Source: Hypanus sabinus (lineage: Eukaryota). From it: DNA of 64,000 nucleotides. Where the stretch lies: the NCBI RefSeq assembly GCF_030144855.1, contig NC_082717.1, positions 59,024,001 through 59,088,000 on the forward strand, read 5' to 3'. The notes beneath the pieces are model-generated. The model saw only the letters and a program-made list of their open reading frames with translations. It ran no database searches and had not been told where the DNA came from. Made by a program: the position numbers and the translations under genes. Below, piece by piece: positions 37,123-49,899 of this stretch. The stretch's first letter is position 1, and every line of letters begins with the position of its first letter.

Positions 37123-39730
37123 AAATATCAATATTAATAAGGTTGATCCTTCCCTACCTGCCTTCTGCTCTATTAAATTCTATTCATAGGTTTTAAGCTT
37201 CTGGTGTACCAAGTCTTTCATTCTCAATCTAGTAACATATTCTTTGATCAAAGAATTTGGAAAATTAATTTAAGTGTCACCTACCACTATGTATCCTTTT
37301 CCTGATCTATGTGCACCAGGTAAATAATGTACATGAGGACAAATAATTATTAGTAAAATTTTAATTTTGACTTAAGATTTCCACAACTCTGGGTTGACTG
37401 TCTGAATACGTTGTTTCTTTAGGGAGATATGGAATTGGTTCAATTGGCAGTGGATTGTTATATTGGTATAAATCAAAGCTTACTGCATGTGTAATATTTG
37501 AACACTCAGGGTTCATTGGTGTTTGTGTTCCTGTAATTTTTGTAATAAATACAGGTTGTGATGCAGTCAATTGATTAAATTAACCAGATCATTAAACCAC
37601 AATATCCATGAACTCAGAAGTTAAATGGACAAGGCAACCATGCATTTTTAAGCTGTTGACAAAACGCACACAAGAAAATATTGTCAGAATTAATTAAATA
37701 ACCACGAAATTTGTACAAAAATTTGGCGGAATATTGTAATTTATAACAATGTTCCAACAAGGAGAAATTGTTGGTTAAGTAAAATTGTAGAATCCTCTTG
37801 CTTTTAAGGCTCATGATGAAGGGTGAAGATAGTGTAATGGAATGGATGTGACTAGATGTAAGTAGTAAATGATTAAATATAATTGTAAAATAATGGGGAA
37901 GTCCTTCTAAAAATAATCAAGTTGTGCAAATGGAGAACATTACATTGGAAGAGCAGAGAATGATTTCACAGCTGCGTCACAAGAGATCTCATTCCTTTTG
38001 GTGATGTACTCATTCTATTAAAAACTGGTCTTTTCATGTCTATATGCAACTTGGAATCCATAAAACAAACATTCTTACAACATAATTAGTCAATAAAAAT
38101 TGTACAGTCTTGTTTACATTGTGAAAGTTTATACATATTTAATGTCATGCCCTCCTATTTTACCATGTGTCAGAGCTCCATGCATTTTCAAAGGGATGAT
38201 GAATGTGTATTGCCCAAAAGATGTTCAGCAAAGATAACACAGTCTTGTTAAATTAGGTCTGTGAGATGTTTAAATATGTATACGTTTCATCCATATAAAG
38301 TTATTCCCATCTTATTATCCCCATGATACTAAACAAATACACCTGAACCCAATATGATGTGCGTGTAGATTAGGAGGATCAGTGTTCTGATGTTAATGCA
38401 GGTGGGTATCTGTGATGGGATTGACCTCCAAGCTCTTGTGTTACCATACAGATGAACTATAGACCAAGATTCTTTGGCTTGGGTTTGAATCTAAGAGGTA
38501 ATTCTGATTACTGTTAAGATATTTGCTCAAAATTTTCACAAAAATAGACTGCTACTACACACAGAATTAGCAGAGTTCATTTCAAAACATGAAAACACTG
38601 GATCACCCTCACAAACTACTTAGTGCACTGCACTTCTATACTTTTCATGAGTTTAGCACTGGAGGGTCACCTTGTTAGAGTTTCTCAGCAGTCATGTTTA
38701 GAAATCTGCCAGCTAAATTTGTGGCATGTTGCAATCTCAATGATTATTGATCTCAATTGAGATGAACAGCTACAAGGGCATTGGTAACTGTTTCTGTGAA
38801 TTGGGATCATTTAAATTATCATGGCCTTTCTAGTGTCAATTTTTTATCATAATTTTAAAGTTTGAAGGTCAGATATTCATGAAGGATGTTTTATGGTTTT
38901 GACAGCCAGTGGGGCCTGGAGTGTGGCATCTTCAGCTGTAGGAACATTTCTGTAGGATTTTTGATTTTGCAGTGGATGGTTGGTGAATTTCTTTAGGGAA
39001 ATGTAATAGCCCTTGCTTAGTAAACAAAGTCGTGAAAAAGTTGAAGACTAGTAATTACTTGACCTGTTTTACCACATCATTTACTACTGCAGTTTTCAAT
39101 TCATCTTTTAGTTGTGTAGTCGATGATGAAAGCATTTGATGTGAATACTTTTAACATATTTCTCAGTTACAAAGAAAACGCAAAGTATAATTTTACTGGT
39201 TTGAAAACTAATACTTTTTCGAAGGATTTTCTTTACTATCGTACAAAGGCATACCACAGAAATGTTGCGGTATCTTTATTAGTTAAATTTCAGACAAATT
39301 CTGAACTTTTTCATGAAAAATCTGTTAATATACAAAATTATGGGTATTCTAAAAGTAAGCTTCATTAAAATGATTACCAAAGTATAAATGGAGTATGTTG
39401 TACAGTGTTTTTTTTTTTTGCCTGCATCTCAAATCCCTTAAATATTTTAATGGTACTTGTCAACAGATGCGTGCATTTGCTATTGCTGTATTACTGATTT
39501 ATTTGTTTTTTTTTAATTTATTAATTACTGATGTATTTGAGTGTTCAGTAATGCATGAGGGCAATTTATGCAGATTATCCAGAACTCATTTTGAGAACAC
39601 ATGCAATTAGTTGTGTAATAAAAGAAATTTGCCATAAAAATAAGGGTCTTATGAGTAACAAACTTTTAAACTTGGCTTCAATTAAGTTTCATTGATAGTC
39701 ATTTCATTTTCTTTGGCAATAAAAGTTTAA
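37123..39730 (+). other. Probable long PEX13 3' UTR with alternative poly(A) signals
   Basis: AT-rich and without recognisable TEs; AATAAA at 38092, 39617 and 39718. Confidence 0.45.
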
Positions 39731-40165
39731 ATTAGTGAGAAAATCTATCATCTGCAAAGATGACAATATTGAGAATAATTTACAGTGCAAATTAGTTTCA
39801 GAACAGTTAAATTCAAGTGGATAGATCATTTGAAGAATATTTTGTTTGAAACTAAAACGTTTTCTACAGTAATGTGAAATTTATAAAGGTAGAAATAACA
39901 GATGCATTTTGCATTCACAGGAAAGATCAATCTGAGTACTTTGTCATATTGAAAACCATTGTACAATGTACTGACATCAATAAAAATATTTTCTCAGAAA
40001 TATTATTGAAGATTATTTCAATAATGCTGTCACATAGTCATAATCACACAAAGGGGAATGTCCCAAAAACTTGTAATAATGGCAAGAGATTAAATTTTAT
40101 TGTTAATACTTGTTTTGATCTGTTTGAACTAATTTTGATATGGTAATAAACAATTAACCACAATG

Positions 40166-40765
40166 ATAGAAACACAGAAAACCTACAGCACAATACAGGC
40201 CCTTCGGTCCATAAAGTTGTGCCGAACATGTCCCTACTTTAGAAATTACTAGGCTTACCCATAGCCCTCTATTTTTCTAAGCTCCATGTACTTATCCAAA
40301 AGTCTCTTAAAAGACCCTCCACTATTGCCAGTAGCCCATTCCACGCACTCACCACTCTGAGTAAAAAAACTTACCCCTGACATCTCCTCTGTACCTACTC
40401 CCCAGCACCATAAACCTGTGTCCTCTTGTGGTAACCATTTCAGCCTTAGGAAAAAGCCTCTGACTATCCACATGATCAATGCCTCTCATCTTATACACAT
40501 CTATCAGGTCACCTCTCATCCTCCGTTGCTCCAAGGAGAAAAGGCTGAGTTCACTCAACCTGTTTACATAAGACATGCTCCCCAATCCAGGCAATATCTT
40601 GTAAATCTCTGCACCCTTTCTATGGCTTCCACATCCTTCCTGTAGTGAGGCGACCAGAACTGAGCACAGGACTCCAAATAGGTCTGACCAGGGTCCTACG
40701 TAGCTGCAACATTACCTCTCGGCTCCTAAATTCAATTCCGCAATTGATGAAGGCCAATACACCAT
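40166..40765 (-). mobile_element. 5'-truncated CR1 LINE
   Basis: RRMRGDLIDVYKM; very similar to the 6307-7053 copy. Confidence 0.9.
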
Positions 40766-42069
40766 AATATTACCATCTTTTTTTTGAGAAATGCAGAAAT
40801 GTTACTCAAATCGTTCTTCCTCATGCTAGATGGAATTCAGAGATGACGTTAGTTCCTTCAGCCCTTCCTGTTAAATTTCTGACCACGTACCTTCCCTTCC
40901 TGATATCTGTGTTGGCTGATATAGTTAACTTTTGGGTGACTGGGCCTTGCCTCCAAATCTGTCATCAACACTTTTCAATCTGTCTAACATGTAAGCTCCT
41001 AAATGTATAGACATTCTTCCTGGAATACATTGAGACAAGTTTTTAGCTTTGTCAAAGATACAACTAGCATCCAATGTGACTAAGTTAATCCTCCTCTCCC
41101 TGTCCATTGCTTTTTTTTTGTTTTAATCACACTATCCTCCTCTAACACCTTTCTGCCATCATTTAACAGAGGTTTCAGGTTCTAGGTTTTGTTTCCATTC
41201 TTTGGTAATGATTGTAGTCGTAAGAATCATCTATAATGGTTACCATGCATCATGTTTGTCAGAATATCTGTTGCCTCTCATCAGCATCATATAAAGTTCT
41301 GGATTTCATATCTGCATTGATACCACTTGGCTCTACTTCTATGTCTTTTGCCCCTTCTGTTTCTCAATTATGACCTTTCAATACATAGGGTTGAATGAAT
41401 GGAAATTACCCCCAATTAGTATTAGGAAGACCAAAGCCATCGATTTTGTTCTCCATCTAAATTTCAGACTTTCTTCCTTTTTACTACCTTGTTTATTATT
41501 TTTCAATGTTTTTGCTGCCCCTCATTTGGATTATTCCAATTAATTCCTCATCGGCCTTTCTCATTGGCATATGCAAGGACAGTTGGAACTCTAGGGCCCA
41601 TATCCTAACTTGCAAGTCTTAATCACTCTGCTTCATTACTTTGATTTGCATTTACCCTAATTAAGCAAGCCTCCACTTTGTAGTTTTCAATCTTGTATTC
41701 AGATCCCTCAATGGCAGCTACTGTTCTATGGTTAACTCATTATGGTGCACAGATGTGGTTGTTCTGTCCCAGTCCTGTTCACCAGACCAGGAACATCTGG
41801 TATGAAGTGTCATGCATTCTGGCTCTGGCTCTCCACTCAGTATTGGACCATCTGGTCAACAGCAATATTTACTTCAGGCAGCTCATTCTAATCAACAAGA
41901 TTCAAAACCTGTCTTAAAACAACAGACTTCACAACATATGTTAGTGATATTAAACATGTTGCTGATTATGTTAGCAAACTTGATGCTAAAAATGAATATT
42001 TGGTCAACATCATGGCCCTTGCACTTGTCTATCTGCACTGCATTCTCTCTGTAAATGCAGTACATTCTG

Positions 42070-42340
42070 TACTTCCTTTCTATTTCCTTCCTTTTCTCCT
42101 ATGATCTACTCTCCTCTCCTACCAGATTCTTTCTTTTCCAACCCTTTACCTTTCACACCCTCTTGGCTTCACCTATCACCTTTCAGCTAGCCTTCTTTCC
42201 CTCCCCTCACCTTTTTATTCTGGTGTCTTCCTCCTTCTATTACAGTCCTGGAGAAGGGCCTTGGTCTGAATCATCAAATCTTTATTCATTTCAATTGATG
42301 CTGCTTGACCTTCTGAATTCCTCCAATATTTTGTGTGTGT
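42070..42340 (+). mobile_element. Penelope-derived tail element with degenerate hammerhead motif
   Basis: Pyrimidine tract followed by CAGTCCTGGAGAAGGGCCTTGGTCTGAATC...GATGCTGCTTGACC...TTCCTCCAATATTTTGTGTG. Confidence 0.7.
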
Positions 42341-43119
42341 TACTTTATTCTGCATTCTGTTTTTTTTACTGTCTTGATGAATTATGTATGGAATAATCTG
42401 AATAGTATGCAAAACAAAAAATGTTCATTTTATTATTGTCACATTTACTGAGATAAACCAATACCAGCAGTGTTTCTAAATTTTGTTCAGTTCTACAATC
42501 ATTCAAGATCTTTCTACTCTAAACCTGTCTCTTTAATCATGATAAATATCTCTACCATAAGTGTCCATGCCTTCAGCTGCCAAATCCCTAACATTTAGAT
42601 CCTTCTGCCTCTTCATTATATGATGGTCCTTCAAGAATTTAAATTTAAATCCTTTTTGGAGATATATATATATATTTCTACAACACGTTCTAATAATGTT
42701 GATTATGGTGGAGTTGGGAGCTGTTCTCTTGCTTGTCTCTAACCTTGTCCACACCACTAATTAGTCTTTAATCTTTTTTTGGGGCCTGGATTTTGGTTTT
42801 CTAAGTAAGTGCCCTCAACAGCAAAACAACAATCAATATAAATTTGTAGTTTGAATGTACCACTTGAATTTATAATTTCAGAAGCTGCATAAGATAATTT
42901 TATGAACATGATGTTTTGATGTATTTGCTGCACACTGTTCGAAGCATTGGAAGGTTCAGTGTGGTTCATCATCTCTTTAAATGTTATTGGTAGATTGTCT
43001 TCAAGGTTCAATGACAAGCATTTGCAGCTTTTAGTCCTAAAGAAAACCAACAAACTGCATAATTATTTGCAAGTTGATTAGTACATAGAAATACAATACA
43101 GCATAGGAACAAGACCGGA

Positions 43120-43310
43120 GTGATTGCAGATGCTGGAAATGTATATCAACACAAATGCTGGAGGAACTCAGCATATTAGACAGCACCTATGGAGGAAAAC
43201 AGACAGTTGACATTTCTGGCTAAGACCCTTCATCAGTTAGAAATGTTGACAGTTCATTTTCCTCAATAGATTCTGCCTGCTCTGGTGAGTTCCAGTCGGA
43301 ATTTTGTGAC
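43120..43310. mobile_element. Inverted pair of Penelope-derived tail elements; the minus-strand copy retains the hammerhead core
   Basis: Minus strand 43206-43236 reads CTGATGAAGGGTCTTAGCCAGAAATGTCAAC; the two arms are reverse complements. Confidence 0.75.
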
Positions 43311-44515
43311 AGCACTGAAAAGGCATTACAGCACTCTATCTGTTCCAACAATAATGAAGATTTAGATTTCACATCTTCCTACATATGGTTTATAATCCCT
43401 CTGGCCTTCTATGTTCACGTCTCTCCGAAACATTGCTACTGTATCTGCTTCCTCCACCTCTCCTGGTGGCATGTGCTATATTGATTTTAAAAATATTCCC
43501 TCAAATCTCCTTTAAACTTTCTCTCTCACACCTTAAATCAGGGGCTCCCAATCTTTTTTATGCCATGGACTCCTACTATTAACCGAGTGGTCCATGAGCT
43601 CCAGGTTGGAACCTCTGCCTTAAGTCTATGCCTTCTCGAGTTTGCTTTCCACCCTGTGGCAAATCTACCCTGTCTATGCTTCTCACATACTTCTACCAGG
43701 TCGCCCTCTGCCTCGCACTCCAGAGAGAACAGTACAACTTCTCCTTAGATCTCATACTCTCTAATCCAGCAATATCTTGGTATTTACTGCACCCTCATCA
43801 GCCTCCACGGCCTTCTGTAATACAATCACCAAAACTAAACATAATACTCCAAATATGGTCAAACTAAAGTTTTACACAACTGCAACATGACTTCCCAACT
43901 TTTATGCTCGATGCCCTGACCAATGAAGCAAATATGCTGCATGCCTTCTTTACCACTCACTCTGCTTATTTTGCTACTTTCAGGGAGTTATGTATCTCAA
44001 GATCCCTCTATCAATCAGTGCTCCCAAGTGCCCTACCATTTACTGTATACTTTCTTCCTGCATTTGACCTCCCAAAGTGTAACAGCTCACACTTGATGAG
44101 ACTAAACTCTATTTTCCACTTCTCTGCCCGCAGTTCCAACTGGTCTATATCCCTCTGTATCCATTGGCAGAGTTGTGGATAATGAGGAAGATTGTCAATG
44201 TTTGTGTCATCTGAAAACTTTTTAAATCAGCCCACTTACATTTTATGCAAATCGCTTATATGGAATCCTATGGAATACCACTGTTTAAAGACCTTCAAAC
44301 AGAATTAAACCCATCTATCACTATCTCTGTCTTCTATGACCAAGCCAATTTTGAATCCAGTCTGCTATTAGCCTACTATAAGGAACCTTGTCAAATGCTT
44401 AACTATTGTCCACACATACAACTTCCGCTGCCCTACTCTCATCAGTCATCTTTGTCATCTCCTTAGAAAAACTCAATCATGTTTGAAATACGTGACATCT
44501 CCCTACACAAACCAT
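43310..44515 (-). mobile_element. Older degenerate CR1 LINE
   Basis: Reverse CR1 ORF2 3' motifs. Confidence 0.75.
43539..43617. mobile_element. 79-bp hAT MITE
   Basis: TIRs CAGGGGCTCCCAA / TTGGAACCTCTG; 8-bp TSD CCTTAAAT / CCTTAAGT. Confidence 0.8.
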
Positions 44516-44771
44516 TAAGATAATTAAAAGGAATTGAGGCAAGAAGTGGAGATTAAATGTTCTAATTCATCCTTCTGATATTGGCGTTACTAGTAAAGTC
44601 AACATTTAATACCCATTTCTTCCTCGACCAGTTATAAATGGCAGGTACACCTGAAGAAAGAGATGGAGATTCTAGAAAATCCTAGATTCTAAAAGGCAAA
44701 ACTCGAGTAATTCTACTGTACTAAGAAATCTACAATAAAAGAGCTGATAATATCTTGCAAAAATATACCTT

Positions 44772-44874
44772 TTAGAAAGATTGTTGGAATTGAAGTTTTT
44801 TTTGAAGTGTACTTGCTTCCTCTGTTAAACGTATTATTTCTTTTTTTAGTTCATCCAACTGTTGCTGACGTTCC
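44772..44874 (-). CDS. Uncharacterised coiled-coil gene, coding exon 5 (ends TAA; GT donor 3 nt after the stop)
   Basis: taaaAG|G GAA CGT..: (W)ERQQQLDELKKEIIRLTEEASTLQKKLQFQQSF*; phase 2 matches the previous exon. Confidence 0.7.
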
Positions 44875-45259
44875 CTTTTAAGATCAGGAAAGCAAATGAA
44901 TAACATACATTTTAAAGTGAAGAATCAGAATTTTCTTAATTAGACTGTCAATGCATTCAAAACATCTTTCCAACCAAACAGAAATAAACCCCAAAGCTAT
45001 GGAAGCAGACTGTATTTGATTGGTTCAATATCTCTTAAGCATCCATTTTCAATATTAGTATTATATCTCCATTATGTTATCAACTTTTATCATGTTATCA
45101 TGTGCAGAACTTTTTCCAACTCCCTGATTTTTTTCTTATACCAAACCACACAGCAATATATTAAATATAGCTTCAAAGTATTATTTGTGTTAGATTTTCC
45201 TGAGGCATTTATCAATGTGAAGATTAGGGCAAGCTATATAGTGTACTGTATGAATCATA

Positions 45260-45730
45260 AATAGCAGGCAGGCCCAACATGTAGTTAAGGCAAATGGCAC
45301 TGTATTTGCAAAGCCGTTAGGGTTCAAGGACAGGAAGATTTTGTTACAGTTATACAGTGTGCTGGCAAGGCCTCATCTGGAATACTGTGCACAACTTTGG
45401 TTTTCTTACCTAAAAAAAGTGTCAAGCCCTTGGTGGTAGACATTGTGGTCTTTACATTAGAGGAAAAATCACAAGCAAGGAGGTATTGCTGCAAAATAAG
45501 GGCTGTTTACTTGAAACAGATGAATTGAAATTTCTTCTCAGAGGATAATGAATATCTGGAATTCTCTTCCCCAGAGCATGTTGGAAATGTTTAAATATTT
45601 GAAAGATGAAGAGATTGCAGGTTATGGGGAACTGGCCCAAAAGAGAAGCTGTCAAAGCAAAGATCAGCACAAATCATATTGAATGGTAGGGCAGGTTTGA
45701 GGGGCCTGGACAGCCTGGTGCTATTTTCTT
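45260..45730 (+). mobile_element. Old CR1 3' fragment
   Basis: 'ctggcaaggcctcatctggaatactgtgcac' (LARPHLEYCA) and CR1 tail. Confidence 0.7.
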
Positions 45731-46904
45731 CGGTTAATTTGCATAAAGCAAAATATCTGACACAATTCCATTTAAGTGTTCTTTACTTTTGCTATTCATT
45801 TCATTCTTCCTTTGTGTATTGTTTTTAAGCATACATTTTACTTTTCTCTTGTCCACTTTCATCTTGCTGTTTCAACCACCTCTCTGAATTTCATAAATCC
45901 ATACACACTCTTGCAAATTTCTTTTGTATTTAATTGTTTACAGTTATGGACAGCCATGGGTTCTCTCCTCCATCAAAATACTCATTCTCCCAAGTAAATT
46001 TACTCCCACATTGAATAACTTCTCTTTAAACTCTACTCACATTCTCCAGATCAAAAAAAATGCAATTAAAAGAATACAATGGACCCATCTTTATGTGGGA
46101 TTGTGGATCATAGAAATCATTTCAGGTCCCTTCTCTCAACTCTTAGTATTACATTAATGACTATTTTATATTTATTCCTGTATTCTTAAAGAATGCAAAC
46201 TTTTCCTGACATTTGCCTCAATTTCTACCCTACTCTTATCAAAGTCAACAATTTTGTATAGTTCTTTTTCACTATTTGTATTAGAACAGGTAATTTCTAC
46301 CATGACATTGCCCATCTACAAAATTAATCTAGTTTTTCCTGCTGTTGTTTTCCAACATTCTTCTTTTGACTACAGTTCTCTGACATGCATCTCTTAGATT
46401 CTGCACATGCTGTGTATCACCTCAACAACCCTGAAGCAGCCATTACTGACCAATGACCATAAAGTGAACCAATTAGAATTTTAATTCAAAACAAAACATT
46501 GCAAGCATTAACTTGTGTAATACTGGGGAATATAAAAGTCAGGTTCTCTATGAAATAACTTTCAATTTACCGATTTTGACTACTACCTGAAGAAACCAAA
46601 AAATCCAAACTCATTAAGAATACCGGGTTATATAAGTAACGCAAACTTAGGAGAGTCTTAGTCAAATTTTGTTGATACTATAGGGGAGATGTCACAATTG
46701 TTTTGGTGTTTCCATATGACAGTCTACAAAAGTAGCATTAGGTTTAATACAATTATCTCCAACTTAGCAATATCTCCTCTCTAAGTTATTGCCTATGTTT
46801 ACATATATTTAGGGGAGACACCCAAAGATTATCAGCACTAATGCAGATATACCCCAGCAGGACCTCTAAAAGGATAGGGGAAAAACTTGCACAAGAAAAA
46901 ATAC

Positions 46905-47020
46905 CAAGATTTTCCTTGTAGGATTTCTGAAACTTGTTGCTTCAATTTTCTTATCTTCTCATCTCTACATGCGATTTCTGACGCTTTTTCTCTTGTCATT
47001 GTGGCTATTTTTTCTTCATA
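46905..47020 (-). CDS. Uncharacterised coiled-coil gene, coding exon 4
   Basis: ttcatacAG|TAT..; YEEKIATMTREKASEIACRDEKIRKLKQQVSEILQGKS-TG|GTattt; 116 bp, phase 0/2. Confidence 0.75.
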
Positions 47021-47108
47021 CTGTATGAAGCAAACCAAAAGCTTAGTAATTTTGGGATGAAGTGGATTTTGCATATTTTTCTAAAAGGCTGTATTGAAAA
47101 TTACTAAC

Positions 47109-47267
47109 CAACTTCTTGAGATGCTCAGTTTTTTCTTCAAATTCCTTCCTACACTCATGAAGACAGTGGAACTTTTCTGCTGCCAATGCTTCAGCTTGTT
47201 TTAATTTTTCTTTTAACCATTCATGGGATTGGTACTCAAGTTTAACCAAATCGTTGTATTCAGAAAT
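47109..47267 (-). CDS. Uncharacterised coiled-coil gene, coding exon 3
   Basis: tttttttcAG|ATT..; ISEYNDLVKLEYQSHEWLKEKLKQAEALAAEKFHCLHECRKEFEEKTEHLKKL|GTtagt; 159 bp, phase 0/0, followed by an 88-bp intron. Confidence 0.75.
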
Positions 47268-48249
47268 CTGAAAAAAATGTTAAGACATATTTCTTTCTTT
47301 CTAAAGAAAATCTCCAGTAAATGTTGCAGCCACCAGTATTACTATTGGTACATTATGTCTGAGTCATGTAAATTGTACTCATGATCTTCTGCCCAGTGAA
47401 ATATATTTTACAATAGACTTCTTTCATTTTATCTTTTTACTTTCACTGCTCCCCTATCCCTCCACATAAGAATAATGATTCACAATGGGTACAATATGTG
47501 TGAAAACTTTTCCTAATAACCTCTAGTGTGTATAAGAGTACAGGCAGTTTGTAGGTTAGAACTATCACAGTTTGGGTCTGACTTGCTTCACAAAACTTAT
47601 TTACCAACAGGGATAACTGGTAATAATGAACACAGGAAACTCTGGCCCTTTTAATCCATTCTGACTAGCATATGATCCTAGCATCAATCGTTCTGTGCAG
47701 CATGGAAACAGTCCAACTTGTCCATGTTAACCAAGGTACCTAACTGAACTAGTTCTATTTGCCTGCATTGGGTCCTTAATTAAATCTTCCCAATCCATGT
47801 ATCTGTTTAAATATTGTAATTGTAGCAGTACAATTACACTTTCTACCACTTCTACCACTCTCTACCACTTTCCCTGACAGCTCATTCCATATACCCATAA
47901 CCCTATAGCAAACAAGAGCATTGATTTATTAAATACAAACATAAAAATGAAAGAAAATTGAAACCATGGTTCCTCAGAGTCTAATTCAATTTGAACTACA
48001 GCACACAATGCATTTATCCATTAAACCATCAGGAAAAAAACTCTTTATGCTACTTTTATTTGTCTAATTAAACCAAAGACAAAACAGTCCAGCAGAAGGA
48101 GATATCTTTTTTTTCTCCATGACAATAAAAGCATATGTAATAGCCATGCTGAATCATGTTACATTGAGGTGGAGACAGTGTCCATGATAATACATTATTA
48201 TCACAATAGTCTTTCCTAGAGTCTTTTTCTGTAGATTCGTCACATCTTT

Positions 48250-49080
48250 ATGCATTCTCTGGCATTTAGGAGGATGAGAGTTAGCATATCTAGCAGACTT
48301 GACTGGATAGAAGCAAGAAGAGTGCTTACCCTAGGTAAGGAATCTAGAGCCGGTGCATCACTGTCTTAAGACAAGGAGTACACCAAAGTGGAAATATTTC
48401 TTAACTCAGAGTGGTGAAACATTGAAATTCTCTATCCTGGAAGGCTGGAAAGGCTTAAAATTCCATTGCATTCAAATCAGAGATCAATAGATTACTGGAT
48501 TTCAAAGAAATCAAGTAATTTAAGGTAGTACAGAAGTAAGTGTGTGTGTGTGTGTGTGTGTACACGTACATGGCATGCTCACATCAGAGGGGTTTTGTTT
48601 ATATTCAGAGGGTAGTGAATCTTTGAAATTCTCTGTTCAAATGGACAGTGTAGATTTGTTTCCTACCAGATTCAACACAATGATTAATCAACATCAGCAA
48701 GAAGGAAAATGCTAGAACGCTTGGTGATATGATTGAGACAATAATGTTATGAGGGGATTAAATAGAGTCATTTGCAAGAAGCTTTTCCATTTACCAGAGA
48801 TTTAAAAAAAACTAGAGGATATAGATTTAGGGTAAGGGGTGAGAGATTTAGAGGGAATCTGATGGGTTCCCTTTCAAACAGTGATGAATAACGAAATGCA
48901 CTGCCAGAGAGAATGGTGGAAATCAAGTTATTGACAATACTTATGAAGTGTCAAGACAAATACTTCAATCACCTAGGCATAGAAGGCAATGTATTTTGAT
49001 GATGGCTTAAAATAGATTGGTGCTCACTGGTCATTGTAATGGGTTGAATAGCCTGTTTCCATGCTGTATGACTCAATGAC
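48250..49080 (+). mobile_element. Cluster of old CR1 3' fragments with a (TG)n microsatellite at ~48539-48561
   Basis: Degenerate CR1 tail motifs. Confidence 0.55.
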
Positions 49081-49334
49081 TCTATATAAATAGAAGTAAT
49101 AGATTCTTAATGAATATTTTGGTATTTCTTCCCAAAAGAGAGGTAAGCTATAGTTAAAGCACACAACTGTAAAATATTGGGTGGCAACTTAATCATCTTT
49201 GAAGGTGGATACGTTGCTAAATCCAGATGAAGTGTGCCCTTGGCTATTAAAGGAAATTAGAGAGGAAACTGAAGGCCTTTATTGCAGTGTTTCCTTTCTT
49301 GCAGTATTGACAAATGTTATTATTTAGCACTTAC

Positions 49335-49466
49335 CTCCTGTTGCATTTGTTTACTGATATTGTTTATGGTTACTTCTTTTTCTTTTAGTTGTGCTTTTAG
49401 CTGTGCATTTTCTTTTTCTAGCATACTAATCCTTTCCATCAGTTGTTTTTGATCATATGTGGAATC
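49335..49466 (-). CDS. Uncharacterised coiled-coil gene, coding exon 2
   Basis: tctgtAG|GAT..; DSTYDQKQLMERISMLEKENAQLKAQLKEKEVTINNISKQMQQE|GTAAGT; 132 bp, phase 0/0, leucine heptads. Confidence 0.78.
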
Positions 49467-49787
49467 CTACAGATACATTCATGATTAGTTGATAAATGAT
49501 TCTGATAAACAGAACTCCCTGAAATGAATAAACCCCTGTAAGATTTATCTATGTAATTTCCAGGCTAATAATTAGGAGTGACTGAAGTTTTCTCAAATAG
49601 TAATAGTTGCTACCATTCACAGAATAATTAACTCTGTATCAGTTAACTCCACTGACATTCATACTATTTCATATTTTCATAAATTTACCCAATTAACATC
49701 AAAGTGCTCCATGAGCCATGTAAATAAACCATTCATGTTCCTTCTTATAGAGGTACTTCCAAATATTTCCCCTTGAAATTGACTTAC

Positions 49788-49822
49788 CAACAATTTTTCA
49801 GTGGCCTTTCAAAACTTGTAAC
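49788..49822 (-). other. Candidate 35-bp micro-exon of the uncharacterised gene (out of phase as assembled)
   Basis: atcttcAG|GTTACAAGTTTTGAAAGGCCACTGAAAAATTGTTG|GTAAGT. Confidence 0.45.
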
Positions 49823-49899
49823 CTGAAGATATTGAAATTAACAATATACTTTCATTTTGTAATCACAAGAGATGTAGGTGTGGAATTGCGAGCAAAATA

